From Lama guanicoe (taxonomy: Eukaryota), in assembly GCA_013239625.1 (NCBI GenBank), contig MU054323.1:5631220-5695219 (forward strand): DNA of 64,000 bases, read 5' to 3'. The position numbers were made by a program, and so were the translations under genes. Under the pieces are notes generated by a model that did no database searches, was not told the DNA's origin, and was given only the letters and a program-made list of their open reading frames with translations. The number at the start of each line of letters is the position of its first letter. The stretch's first letter is position 1. Below are positions 51,210 to 63,322 of the stretch, in pieces.

Positions 51210-52249
51210 CTGTGCCAACACACATCCCAGTCCCTGCTGCGGGCGTCCACCACCCATCAGGCAACAGGCGCGACAGGCAGGATACTGCAAGCCCAGCCCT
51301 GTCCACACTGCCTGCTAGACCCATGGAGAACTCATGCCCCCGAAACACCGAAACACAGGCGTACAGGCTCTCCCCTGTTCACCACCGTGTCCATGCTGCC
51401 CTGTCTCCCCAGTTCTCTCTCCTCCTATTCTTCCACGTATAGGGCCAGATCAGAAGGTTGGCAATCTAAGGAGACATGTCATCTGGAGTTAGAACATGAG
51501 CTGCACTTCCTTGTTGTAAGAACCCCCACTTCTCTTGACTTGCGAGGCTGGGGTGAGAGACGAGGGAATCACTTCTCATAGAGAACCCTGGGTGATAATG
51601 ACCTCGGTCAGAGTCTTCTCCCACTTCGTCCCTTCTCATATACAAACTGGGGAGGGGTTTAGGGCAGAGCTGATGGCAACAGGACTAGTGTGGAGTCTAA
51701 ATGTTGCTGGTTCTCCTCAGCATGTAAAGAACTCAGCATCTCTTTGGACATAGTTTCAGCCCCAATCACCAATTCTGGGTCAACAGGGAAATCCATTCAA
51801 CTTCCTGCTATGTGTGCGAGTTTAGATTTAGGTCTAAATTAGCCTTCTACTCCCTTTGCGTTTAGCTCACATTTTAGAAAAGGGGAGAATTTGGTTTTAC
51901 TTGATCCAGGCTTTGGTTAAAGAGTTAAGTCCAAGGGCCAGCTAAAACTGCCACAGGGAAGAGAAGGCTGCTCAAGGCACAGCTGCAGAGGGCGGCCCTG
52001 CCTGGGACAGGCAGGGAGTGAAGGAAGCCCCAGGGGAGCCCCCGCCCCCCGATCTGCAGAATCACCTGACATGCGAACACACAGAGAGACCTCCAGGGCT
52101 CCATAAAGGCTCCATGTTTAGGACACTCCCAGCTGAGTCAGAGCTGATCTCATTCAGGCAGAGCACCAACATCTTCCACTGGAAGATTCCACCGGAAGGG
52201 TCCACTGGAACCAGAAGTTACCACACTCCTTCTTCAATTTGGGGGAAGG

Positions 52250-52440
52250 TGGGAGTTGAGTGCCAATGGGACACACACCTCTGCCCTTTATGTGGGTCAT
52301 GGGCCAGTTCATCATATCTTCAGGCTTCAATTTATTCCCATAAAATGGGGAAAACCACATACTCAACAGGATGCCAGAGGATTAAATGAGATGATACTAC
52401 GTGAAGCACTTAGGACAGTGCTTGACACAGAGTGGGCTAC
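52250..52440 (+). mobile_element. MIR SINE
   Basis: gcttcaatttattcccataaaatgggg...gaggattaaatgagatgatactacgtgaagcacttaggacagtgcttgacacag. Confidence 0.8.
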
Positions 52441-52489
52441 CTGTTACCTCAGTGAGACCACAGTGACCAGGAGATAAATGGTCACTCTG

Positions 52490-53182
52490 CCTTCAGATTA
52501 TCCATAATCCAGCCATATCTCACCATGGCCACTGCACCCCTATGGTCCAAGCCGTGATCACCTCTTACCTGGCCCATTGCAGTAGCCTCCAAAGTGAACC
52601 TCTGCTTCACCCTTGCCCCCTACAGTCTATCAGAATGATTCTAATAAAAGGTAACCAGAGACCATAATTCTACGTAAAACCCTGCAATGGCTCCTGTCCT
52701 CATCAGAGTGAATGCCACAGTCCCCACAATCACCTACAAGGTGCAGTGTGTTCCACTTCCATTGCTGTCCTGTCCAGTCTCCATCCCACTGGCCTATTTC
52801 CTGTTCCTCCGACACAGCAGGCCTGTTTCTGCCTCAGGGCCTTTGCACTGAGCAGTCCTTCTATCTGGAATGTTTTCTCCCTGATTGCCACCTTACTGTC
52901 CCTTACTTCTTTCAGGTCCTGCATCAGATGTCACCCATCTGCCCCAATGGCTGTCCTATCCCGCTCCCCATAGCATTTTATCTCCTCACATATCATGTAA
53001 TTTACTCATTTATATTATTGTCTGTTCTGTTTCCCCTTCCCACCCCCACACACACCAGAATGTAATACCATGAATGCAAGGATTTGTGTCTGTGTCGCTT
53101 ACTGCTGTACCCCAGCGTCTAGGACAGTGCCTGGCACGTATTAGGTGCTCAATAATCAATTGAATGAATGACTAGATGAATA
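52490..53182 (+). mobile_element. L2a 3' region with (TGAA)n tail
   Basis: ttgcagtagcctcc...aaaaccctgcaatggctcc...gcctcagggcctttgcact...gtgcctggcacgtattaggtgctcaataatcaattgaatgaatga. Confidence 0.9.
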
Positions 53183-54898
53183 AAAGGACATGAATACTCA
53201 CGAGCAGGATGGGTAAGACCCAGTTAACTACTCCCACCTCTGGCTTCAGTCTAGCCTCGTTGTAGGGTGATGCCGAGAATGAATCAGAGGAAGGATGAAG
53301 TCAGCTTAGAAGAAAGCGTCCAGACTGAGAAACTGGGCTCCACCCCAGTCTCATCTCAGTTTGGACCCAATGTTAGAAACACATTTTGAAAGTCTCCTCT
53401 TTAGTCATTCCAATCACTTGTTTCCTCTAAACTCCAACTTATCTGGGGACCAAAGTCCAAATCTCTTGCAAATAGAAGTTGTGTTAAGCACAAAAAATGT
53501 TCAATAGCACTTTAACCATGTTGACTTCAGAGAGCACGCCTGCTGCCTCAAAGCCTCCTCCTGCTCCCCATGGCTCTCTCAGGTACCGGCTGCCTCAGAC
53601 TCTCTTTGCCCAAAACCTTGATTCATACCTTGAATGGAAGGGACACAATTCTTTCATGTGTGGGGGTCTCTTGGCCTGAATTGCAAGCAAAACAACAACT
53701 GGGTGTAAGACAGCTATAATTAACTGGCAAGTACTTGCTCCATCTAAAGGCATTCAGACATTGAATGAATGAATGAATGAATGAAACAGCTAGCACTGGT
53801 CAAGTCAAACAAAACAATTTAGATCCACAAACTGTCAGTCTGATTGCAAGTTTTGCCCCTACAACAGTACAGAACTACAGCAGGCACTTAAAAAACAGCT
53901 GTTGGCTGATGACTGACTCAGTATACTAAGTACCAAGTACTCACCCATAGAAAGTACCCTAGACCAGTATTAGAGTCTCGTTTCAGGAAGAGAGCCTCCC
54001 ATTTTGCAGATGTAGTTTGTGGAGCGTTCTGCGTCTCACCCTTCTCTCCCACGGTCTCTGATCCAGGCGCAGGTGGGGTGTCTGCCAACGCACTGGTCAC
54101 TGGGGAGAGGCTCGTCCTCTCTGCATGGAGGCAATGCCAAACACAGGGGTACAGAGGACAGAACTGCCAGTGGGATGAGAGCTGGGCAGGGAAGAGACCA
54201 TGGTTCTCACTACAGTGTAGCCTCTGTCCCACGCTGGGTTTTAACTGGTGCTCAGAGCAGTTGCATCAAGTCTGCCCAATCCATGCTTTCAACCCACGTG
54301 CACACACCCTCCTTCCCACCAGCCTCTGACCAGCCTTCCCCCTTTCCTTTCCCAACTGGACTTTTGCTCAACCTGCTCAGTAGCCTGTAGAAATCCTCAG
54401 GACATTTGCAGTGTTAAAACAAGTGTATCTCCATTTTATTGCACCTGTATTTCTTGTAAAGAGCAATTTCATTTTGTGTCTCCATTGTATTCCATCTGAC
54501 TTTTGCACTCTGAAACTTCTTCAAACAAAGCTCTCCTTTGAAGCAGGAAACACAGCTGACAGCCTCCTGCTCTCCCAGCATTTTTTTTTTTAGAATGAGG
54601 GAAAAAAAAGCACAGGGCTCAGCCTGGAGCACTCCAGCCTAGTAGCTGCTGCGTCCCAGTGAAGGGGAGGGAGAGCTGCCTCCACCAGCTGTGAGCAGGA
54701 GTCACGAAGGCACCGCACCCCTCGCTCACTCCACCTACTCCCCACAGACCCAGGGAGAACACTTAGGAACTCGTCAGAGGGTGAGGGAGTGAATATTTGC
54801 ATTATTGTAATGGCCCCTTAAGTTGTCTTTTGACTCTAATCTCACCTCTATCCGAATCATTCTTCATGTACTTCCAGAGTAATCTTTCATGTCACACT

Positions 54899-55291
54899 TG
54901 TTGACCTTAAACAAATAGGCTGCCAGTTATTTCTCCAGCAAAAATGGGTTTACTCAGGATCGGCAAAGAATTGCAATTTGGGGGCTGCAACCATGGTGAG
55001 CTGTGTACGAGTCTCAAGTCAACAAGGAGAAGAGAACTCCTTTATGGAGGGGAAACGAAGTTGGGAGGCCAGCACTGAACAGAGTCCACTGGAGCAACTG
55101 AGAGTTCAAAGTACAGGAGCTTTTCATTGGCTGCCTTGTAATAGCCTCTCACTGGCTGGGCTCTTGCCAGGTAAGAAGAGGAAGGCTTTCTTCCTCCTGT
55201 TGGGCACTGCTAGCCTCGCAGGGCAGGAGAGCTCCCCGTTCTGGCCTCCTGACTCTATTTTAATTGAGGTTTCTGTTTATTAATTTTCACA
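54899..55291 (-). mobile_element. ERV1-class solo LTR (family uncertain) inserted in an L2 remnant
   Basis: The reverse strand begins TGTGAAAATTAATAAACAGAAACCTCAATTAAAATAGAGTCAGGAGGCCAG and ends GGTCAACA; 4-bp TSD cact / ctct; L2-like flanks. Confidence 0.75.
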
Positions 55292-56420
55292 CTCTCATAC
55301 TTAAGACCATTCAATGCCCTCAAGATAAATCTCGTGAGTATGAACTTTCCTGATGTGTTGTCCACCTGTTCTCTAGCACTCACCCCCCGTCACCCTCCCC
55401 TCCAACCAGAGCCACCTTCGTTCATGTTAGGCATAGGCCCTGTTCTCAGTCGCCTTTGACCCTCCGGCCTTCTGTCTCTGTGACCAGTGCACTCTCCCCT
55501 CCCCGACTCAACCCCCTTTTCAGCCAGTCTTGTCCTTGGTGGAATGAAGAAATGGGTGAGTAAGTGTTGAGATCAAATGGAAATGTCTGGTCTGGGAGTT
55601 CAGGAGAAATATTTGGGCCTCAGATTGAGTTTGGGGAATGACCAAGTGGTCCCTAAGGCTTTCATGCACGATGGAAGGAGCAGCCTCTGCCGCTGGGCAG
55701 GGGGCACTCTGGACAGAATCCTCCAGGGCCTCGAGGCTGTGCCCCTGAGAGAGGAGACTGCGAAGTCACACTCAAGAGAAGCAGCACCGAGGGCGAAGCA
55801 CCCGCCCTGTTTCCGCCCCCGCTCCCACCTCTCCTGTAGCCCATCCATGGTGAGAAGAGGCGGCGTCTCTTCGCAAACAAAGCCCGTCTTCCTTGCTCTC
55901 AGCAGCCATGTCCCACCTGAGTCTCTGAAGAGCTTTTATTGCATGGGGGGGGGCACCTTACTTAGGGTGAAGCTCCTCACAGCCCAAGCAGCAGCAGTAC
56001 TAGTTTGACCAGAACTAGTCAAAGCATTTCATCCATGCTGGGGGTTCTACCCGCAGAGCGCAGAATATTCAGGACTTTCAAATCAAATAAAGCCCACTAG
56101 AGAAGGAAACTCCAGTCTGGGAGAGAAGCAGCTCAGATCACTGGGGGGAAAAGGCACCAGCCCTGCCTGTGGCTTCACCTCATCCGGGGGACAGGTCCCA
56201 GAGAAGCTTATAGGGAGCCAAGGAAGGCGGACCCAGGAGACCCAGGGAGTTTCCCTAAGTGACGGTGAGGAGACGGGGATCAGTTTAGAAGAGCAAGCTC
56301 ATGTCTACTTCATCTCAATCAGAAGTTGCAGTGCAGAAAATGCCTTATGACAAGAAAGGGAAAGAACAAAGATTTTCCTTTAACAGTTTTTTTCAGGTTG
56401 AGAGCTAATATGAACACGAT

Positions 56421-56880
56421 TGTTGTGAGTTGAATTATGTTCCCCACAAAATTCCCAGGTTGAAGTCCTAACACCCAGTACCTCACTGCCGCAAAACGTG
56501 ACCTTATTTGGAAACAGGGTCACTGAAGTTATAATTGGTTATGATGAGGTACTAGGGTGGGCCCCAATCCAATCTGACTGGTGTCCTTGTGAAAAAGAGA
56601 GAGCTGGACACTAACAAGTGTACACAAGGAGGATGCTATGTGAAGATGAGGGCAGGGTCTGGGTGACACTTTCACAAGCCAAGGAAGACCGAAGATGGCC
56701 AGCAAACCACCAGAGGCCAGAACGGTAGCCTGGAACAGATTCTGCCTTGTGTCCCTACAAGAGCCCAACTGCGCTGACTCCTCGATCTTGGACTTCCAGC
56801 CTCCAGAACTGTGAGATAATACATTTCTGTTGTTTAAGCCCCCCAGATTGTAGTCACAGCAGCCCTAGCAAACTAATACA
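56421..56880 (+). mobile_element. MLT1C-type solo LTR
   Basis: tgttgtgagttgaattatgttcccc...gtgaccttatttggaaacagggtc...ccagcaaaccaccagaggccag...gcagccctagcaaactaataca. Confidence 0.92.
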
Positions 56881-57074
56881 AAAAGAAAGCAATAGAGAGA
56901 GAAAGTACTTTTCCCACTCGATGCCCATCCCAAACGCAGGGAACGAGCTCTGAAACCTCTGGCCACCGCTACCACTGCACCGGTTACTGCAGGCTTCCAA
57001 GCCCTGCAGGTGCCTCACTCCTAGCCGTCATGGCGTCTCCCTGCCTGTCCCTGCGATGGAGAGACACTGAAATA

Positions 57075-57280
57075 GAGTTGTTATGAGCCTGGGCTTTAAA
57101 ACGAAACCGACCTGCTTTTGGATTTGTGTCTTGCCATTTACTAGCTGCGTGACGGGGGCACAGCTGGCCACCCTTCCTCATCAGCGGCCTGGAGTTCACA
57201 GCCATGCCTGCTTCGTAGGGCCCTTGTGAAAAGCACCTGGAATGACAAGGTGTGCATCGCAGGTCCTGGCATGCAGTCAG
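57075..57280 (+). mobile_element. MIR SINE, degraded
   Basis: gggctttaaaacgaaaccgacctg...tgccatttactagctgcgtgacgggggca. Confidence 0.55.
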
Positions 57281-57834
57281 CACCCAGGTGGAAGGCTGGC
57301 TAAAGAGGATGGTGTGAAATTAGGGGTCATCCCTTGGATCAGCTGAGCCCTGAAAGTTAAACGAAAAGGAGATCCCCAAATGCAACAAATGCTGGTTCCT
57401 GACATAGCCCAGTGGGCTCCTGGGCAGCATATGCTGGCCCAGCAGAGGGTCCACCCCAAGAGCAAGGAGGAGGATTGAGCAGATGGCAGTGATCAGCTTC
57501 AGGGCCAGGATGGAGGAAAGAACAAGAGGAGCTGGAGGTCAGAGCGGCTCGGCATGTGTGTCTGACAAGCAGCAAGAAGAGGAATCGCAGCCGTCACCTA
57601 AAGGCAGACCAGCCTCTCCCCTTGCTGAGGGGGACAGAGAATTCCTACCCTGCAGGGTGCCCCATGGCAGCTTGCTGCACACCTGTCAGAGCAGAGCAAA
57701 GAGGGGACCTAGGTCACGCCGAAGCAGGAGAGAGGTTGCCACTGATAGGAAATGTGTAAGTCACAGCACAGTCTGAGCATATCAGCATTTCACTAAGTTC
57801 CTTCGGGAGAACCCTGCATGGGGATGGGCTGGTA

Positions 57835-57992
57835 AGTGTTTCATAGCTGGGTGGAGCACTGCCGGTTTTCCTGGTGTAAATATCCCCACCATGGCCAACT
57901 GGAAACTCTCAGAAAGACATCAGTCAATGCAGCAAATTCCTGAAAAGTTAACAATTGGCTCTTGTGATCCCAGGAGCTGGCTGCAGCACATG
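57835..57992. mobile_element. MER63-like hAT-Blackjack fragment
   Basis: ggtgtaaatatccccaccatggc...aaattcctgaaaagttaacaattggctcttgtga...gagctggctgcagcaca. Confidence 0.7.
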
Positions 57993-60029
57993 AACCCTGA
58001 GTGACATCAGAGCAGACCTTTAACCCTAGAACAGGTCAGTTGAGATGCAGCTCACTGCCTGCCGTCCACGCCTGCCCTCCCGCCCACAGCAGGTCCGCAG
58101 CACTGTGCCCCTGTGCTCGCTTTGGACCTGCTCCAGCACGTGTGCATGCAGCTAAGCAACTCCCCTCTGTTTTCTGCAGAAGGTGACTTGAGAGCTTGGG
58201 GTAAGGGATGGAGACATTTCAAGTACGACAGTGGGTCCCAGTACTTGCCACCCCTGGACACATCCCTTCGCCCACCAGCACCTTAGAGAAATCCTTGCTT
58301 AATGCAGGAACCCCGCTGGCTCCCCCAAGACGTCTGTAGGGTTTGGTGAAAGGATCCCAAGGGACCTCCAGCCCCGCCTCCTGCATCCTTCAGGCCTGTT
58401 CTAAAGATGCGATGTGCCCTGTGGTTCACTTTCTCACTGCCATTTTGTCCAGAAATGAGGCAATGCCCTCCAGCCACCCTCGTCCATCACCACATCTGGA
58501 GGTCACTGACGTCACCGCACTAAGTACAGGCTGGAAGGCGCTTCTCTCTGATTGATGAGAAGCCTGCAGAGCTGAAATTCTGGACACACACAGTCAGCAT
58601 CAGGTCATGCTGCATCGGACCATCCACACGCACTCGGATCTTTCCCTCCTGGGGCAAGACCCAGCCTCAGTTTACCTCTGCCTATAGGCTGCTTAGAGGG
58701 GAGTTCAAGGAATTTACAGGAAATATTCTTTTTTCCTCCAATAATTGGGTCCAGAGGAACATGTGATCACCCGCCAGCCTGCCCAGACAGCAGGTGAGGT
58801 AAGCCTTCAGCTCCAACAATGTCTGAGAACTTGTGGCTGCCCGCACCCCACCCACCGGTTAGCACTCATCAGCCACACAGGGGGCCCAGAGCCAGGTCAG
58901 GAGAAAGGCTTGAGTTAACTGAGAGGCTGGAGACTGTGCCAGGCAGGGGCAAATGCCCCAGGCCACTGCTGAGAGCCTAGGAGTCCATCTGTGCCCACCT
59001 AACTCACGGTGACCTCAGGCAAGTCACCCAAATTCTCTGGGCTTCAGTTTCTTCATTGGCACAAACACATTTTTTTGCCTTCCGTAAAAAAAAAAAAAAA
59101 AAAAAAAATTATTAGGGAGAACAAACGGCATGAGGGATGTAAAGGTGCATTGGAGATGATTTACAATCAGCATTGCTTAAGATGTTGTTTACAAAGGCAA
59201 AGTAACGCTGGGAATTTGCTGGAGGCAAAAGTGGAGTTTTATCTGAAATGCTTTATTGATCATCTGACCGTTGCTGACCTCAGCAAATCCCCAGCCTGTA
59301 CAGATGGAGCCAAAATGTTGAGGTAGCGAAGCCTTCCCCAAGTGCATCTCCTAGCTCAATAATACCGGGAGGACCACTACAGATCCCCCCAGAGCGCCTG
59401 ACACATCCCGACAGAAAAATGGTAGCGAGTAAAAGTGGGGCGTGATGCAGAGTCAAAGTGATGTCCTCCCACCCCAGCTCAGCCACTGAGGCAAAAATGG
59501 CCATTCCATGGTCTCACAAGTGGGGAAACGGCTGAGCCAAGCAGGAATGAAGGTTGTTACAGGGGAGGCAGGATGCTTTACTCCTTTGATTTTTGGAATG
59601 AACTTAGCAAGGACCAAGAACCTGCTAACTCCCTGCTGGAAGGTGAAGAATCCAAGGAAGCTGCCACACAGCCTGAGCAGCCACTGCCCAGCTCCTGCCC
59701 TACTGCGGCCAGTTGTCCGCCAGTGCCTTGGTCGGGCACGGCCTGGCCATCAGATGTTTGCATGGGGAGGATGCCTCTCCCATGCCCACAGCCACAGCGC
59801 CTCTCCAGCCTGTGGACAGCCAGGACCCCAGAGACTGATTATGCAGTCCCCGCCCCTGTGCCCACCTGGATTTTCCTTAAGCCAGGCTACACAAGAGATT
59901 TCTCTTATAGCTGGGTCCCAGCTGGATCCCTGCAAGTCTCCACAGATCAGAAAAGGAAATTGCTTTGAAGCAAAAAGTCTTTTCCTCATAATCGAGCTCA
60001 GGCAGATGGCAATTATTTATTCTAATTAA

Positions 60030-60208
60030 CAGTAAGAATAGATAAGATTAGTAAGACTGTTCTACGGGCCAGACACTGTTCTAAGTGCTTTATGTGGACT
60101 GGTTTCATTTATTCATTATTACAACCCTAAGTAATAATAACTTTTATTATCCCCAGTTTATAGATGAAAACACTGAGGCAAGAATAGTTAAGTGATTTTC
60201 CCAACAGT
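60030..60208 (-). mobile_element. MIR SINE
   Basis: gccagacactgttctaagtgcttta...attatccccagtttatagatgaaaacactgaggca...gttaagtgattttcccaa. Confidence 0.85.
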
Positions 60209-60214
60209 TAAAAA

Positions 60215-60655
60215 GTGATTATCATCTTTAAGTGATGCCAGCTTCTGTAATAAACAAATCCTGACATCTTACAGGCTTGACACATTAGAAACGTATTGTC
60301 TCTCTCATGGTGGGAGGAGCAGTCAGCTTCACAGAATCATTCAGGACCCCATTAACAGAGGCGAAGCCTGCCATCCACACCATGTAACCTCCAGTGTTGC
60401 TCTGGGCACCTACCTCCAGCCAGCAGATGGGGGAGGGTGGGACATGGGGAGCCAAATGGGAAGTATTTATGGGCCATGCCCAGAAGAGGCATATATCACT
60501 TCCATCCACCTTCTAGGACCCAAGCTCAGTCACACGGACCCACCTAGAGGCAAATAAAGGCTGAGAAATGTAGACCCTGGCTGGGTGACCAGTTCTGATC
60601 ACCATTCTACACTATGAGAGGGAAATACAAAGTTAGGGTGGTCAGCAAACCATGG
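60215..60655 (-). mobile_element. Old MLT1 (J/K-like) LTR
   Basis: ctgtaataaacaaatcctgacatcttacaggctt...cattcaggaccc...atcacttccatccac...ctcagtcacacggacccaccta...ggctgagaaatgtag. Confidence 0.75.
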
Positions 60656-60747
60656 CATGAAGTAGGGAAAAGAAGCAGGAAGGCATTCCTCTGGCCACAA
60701 AGAGAAGAAAACTCATGCTCCCAATGTCCCAAGCTGGGGACTTGCCT

Positions 60748-60850
60748 AGTGGTTCCCAGCTAGGGGTGCTTCTGCCCCCATCCCAGGGACATTTAGCGAT
60801 GTCTTGAGATATTTTGATATTTGGAAATGGGATGCCCCCAATTTTGAGAA
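60748..60850. mobile_element. MER20 fragment
   Basis: agtggttcccagctaggggtgcttctgccccc...gggacatttagcgatgtcttgagatatttt. Confidence 0.65.
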
Positions 60851-60952
60851 CTCAGAAGAAGGAAATACAGCCCTGGTCAATCAGAAAGACCGTGGCCAGA
60901 TTCCAGGAGGCTCAGGTATACCTGTGGGCATAGAACTAACTTCTTCCATGGA

Positions 60953-61345
60953 TTGTCAGAGACAAGAAGCCAGAATAGGATAAATTATGCTATGCTAACA
61001 AGTTAACTCTGAAGTTTCAATGTTTTAACAGACAAAAAAAGGATGTATTCCTCATTCACATCACAGTCCAGTGGAATCCTAGGAGTCTCTCCTCTAAGAA
61101 GTGACTCAACCTTCAAAGGCCACTTCCATCTACAACTCTTCTGTCTTGCACCCGCCTTCTCCAGTGGCTGGTGACAGAGGGAGAGGGGGGAGGACCAATG
61201 AATGGGAGATTGTTACGGCTAGTCCTGGAAGTATCTACATTCTATTGGCCAGAGCAAATCATGTGTCCCCATCTAACTGTAAGAGAGGCTGGGAAATGCA
61301 ATCCAACTGCAAGCCTGTGGAGATGAGAAAAGTGGATGCTGGTCA
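60953..61345 (-). mobile_element. Old MLT1 (J/K-like) LTR
   Basis: ggataaattatgctatgctaacaa...cacattctattggccagagcaaatcatgtgtccccatctaactgtaagagaggctgggaaatg. Confidence 0.75.
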
Positions 61346-63211
61346 ACACTGGCAACGTCTGTCCTCTAATATAATCCCTATGTTTCCTCACTTTCAAAGC
61401 CCCACACTCAGGATACAGACTTGGCCTAAGCCCCCTGGTACAATCCCAAGAGAATCCGTCATAAAAGAAACAGGCATTGCCTGAGGTCATCGGCAGGTGG
61501 TCTGAAAGGAGACGGAAGACAGCACAGGACTCCTATCTATTATCTTTGCCTCCACAGTCAGCTCCACAAGGGACCTCATTACTCTTTGGTTCAGGAAAAT
61601 AATTGATGACCTGACCCTCCAACCATAGACTCAAATTAGGTAAGTTCTGTTTTCTAAAAGAACTCTCTTACCAACCACACTTGATTATGATTTTGTATCT
61701 CAGTTCTCAACTCCACATGAAAGAGATTTTTAACTTCATATATTTTTCCAAAATGAGAAGCAAATCTGAAAGTTACTTCCTAACACCGTCTTCTTGAGTC
61801 CTTTATACCCTTAGCCCTAGAACATCATCCAACACCTTACAACTCAGCTCAAGTGAAGGTGTGTCTGAGCCTGTGTGAAAGCAGAAAGCTTAGTCATTTG
61901 ATAAAAAGGAGATGCTCTAAAGGTGGGGGTTAAAGCTAAAAATGGGAGTTCAACTGCATGCCATTAATATACATTCTTTTGAATATATATTTCATTAAAG
62001 ATTTTTAAGGGTCAATTCTATATTCCCAATTTAAAATAGTCAAGTGAATACCACACTCTTGGGATAAAAATGAAGCTAACTCTATTTGACGTGTGCCCCA
62101 GATGGAATCAACTCACCCCAGACCAATTCTTCTTAGCCTCTGTTCAGGAAGTTCGAGTCCTATTTCTTTTTCTGTTTTCCTCTCAGGCTTGAGAAGCTGC
62201 CCTCCCTACTAGCCGTCACCCATGGGGGTGTGCTCTGTAATCCTATAGAGCATGCTGGAATGCAGTCTGAATACAAGATGCTACAGGTAATAAAGTTTAT
62301 CAGAACGGCTTGTCATTATTTTTGCATCATTATACAATTACTGCAGCTTTGGAAGGTAATAAATCACTGTACAGCTGACAAATTGAGAAGCTAGGAAGGA
62401 CAGTTATCCTCACAGATAAAGCAACTGCTGCCACTAACGAGATGTGGGGAATTGGTGCTCAACCTTTTAAAAAATGCCCCACGGTCCTGCAAAGCATCAG
62501 CGGGAAAGCCATCGACATCTGGAAGCATGCCAAGCCCATTGCCAAGACCGTGAAGGAGCATGATGTTCCAAAATGAGCATCCCAGGCCCAGAGGGAGTGT
62601 CATGACACCGATAACCAAATTCCAGGTTGGTTGAGCAAAACTAAATCTCATTGGCTCCACCGCAAGTGCCCAACCGGCCCATTAAAGCTTGCGTCGCCAC
62701 ACGCGCGTGTGTCTGTGTATGTGTGTTTTAAGTTGTCTAAGTACTCAAGTGTCTATGCAAAATTTCCTAGTACACTAAGTTTTGTTTTGTCTTTTTTACA
62801 CTTAGGTAAGAAAAAACAGCAGAGCATATTTTCTACAGACTATGAAAAATAGATCTCTAGATTAAAATCGAGCAGGCGACATTTGAGTCTAAGAAACAAC
62901 ACTCTAGGAGAGAATTATGAAGGATCTGAGGGGTTTGGAAAAAAAGAGAACTGGCTCAATTCCACTCTCATGCTGATGGCTGAGCTGGCTGAGGTACTGC
63001 AGACCCACCAAGCTTATCAATGTTCTCCTAGAGCAGAGGGAACTGCTAAGAAAAAGCCAGAGGGACCCTCTTCCAGAAAGTTCCAGTGAAGCCGTATATT
63101 TGAGACTAACCCACACCACTAAGTAAGAAAACATCTTTGGTTTTGATGAGCAAATCAGATAACTAATGCCTGGAAGTGGGAAAATCCGGGTCAGGGAAGT
63201 ACACTGCAGAG

Positions 63212-63322
63212 AAGTGCTCTTAAAATGTGGCCCCCAGACCAAGGGCATCAGCATCACTTAGGAACTTATTAGAGATACAAATTATTGGGTCCTACCTCAG
63301 ACCTCCTAAATCAGAAACTCTA
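63212..63322. mobile_element. MER5A half element
   Basis: aaaatgtggcccccagaccaagggcatcagcatcacttaggaacttattagagatacaaattattggg...cctaaatcagaaactct. Confidence 0.85.

Noticed and set aside
51983..51998. CTCF-like motif ctgcagagggcggc (similar partial matches at ~2890 and ~63485)
   Set aside because: Only partial matches, expected by chance in 64 kb.
62391..62660. Protein-like frames (minus 89 aa; plus CPTVLQSISGKAIDIWKHAKPIAKTVKEHDVPK)
   Set aside because: No flanking splice sites or recognised homology; treated as part of the non-coding candidate block.
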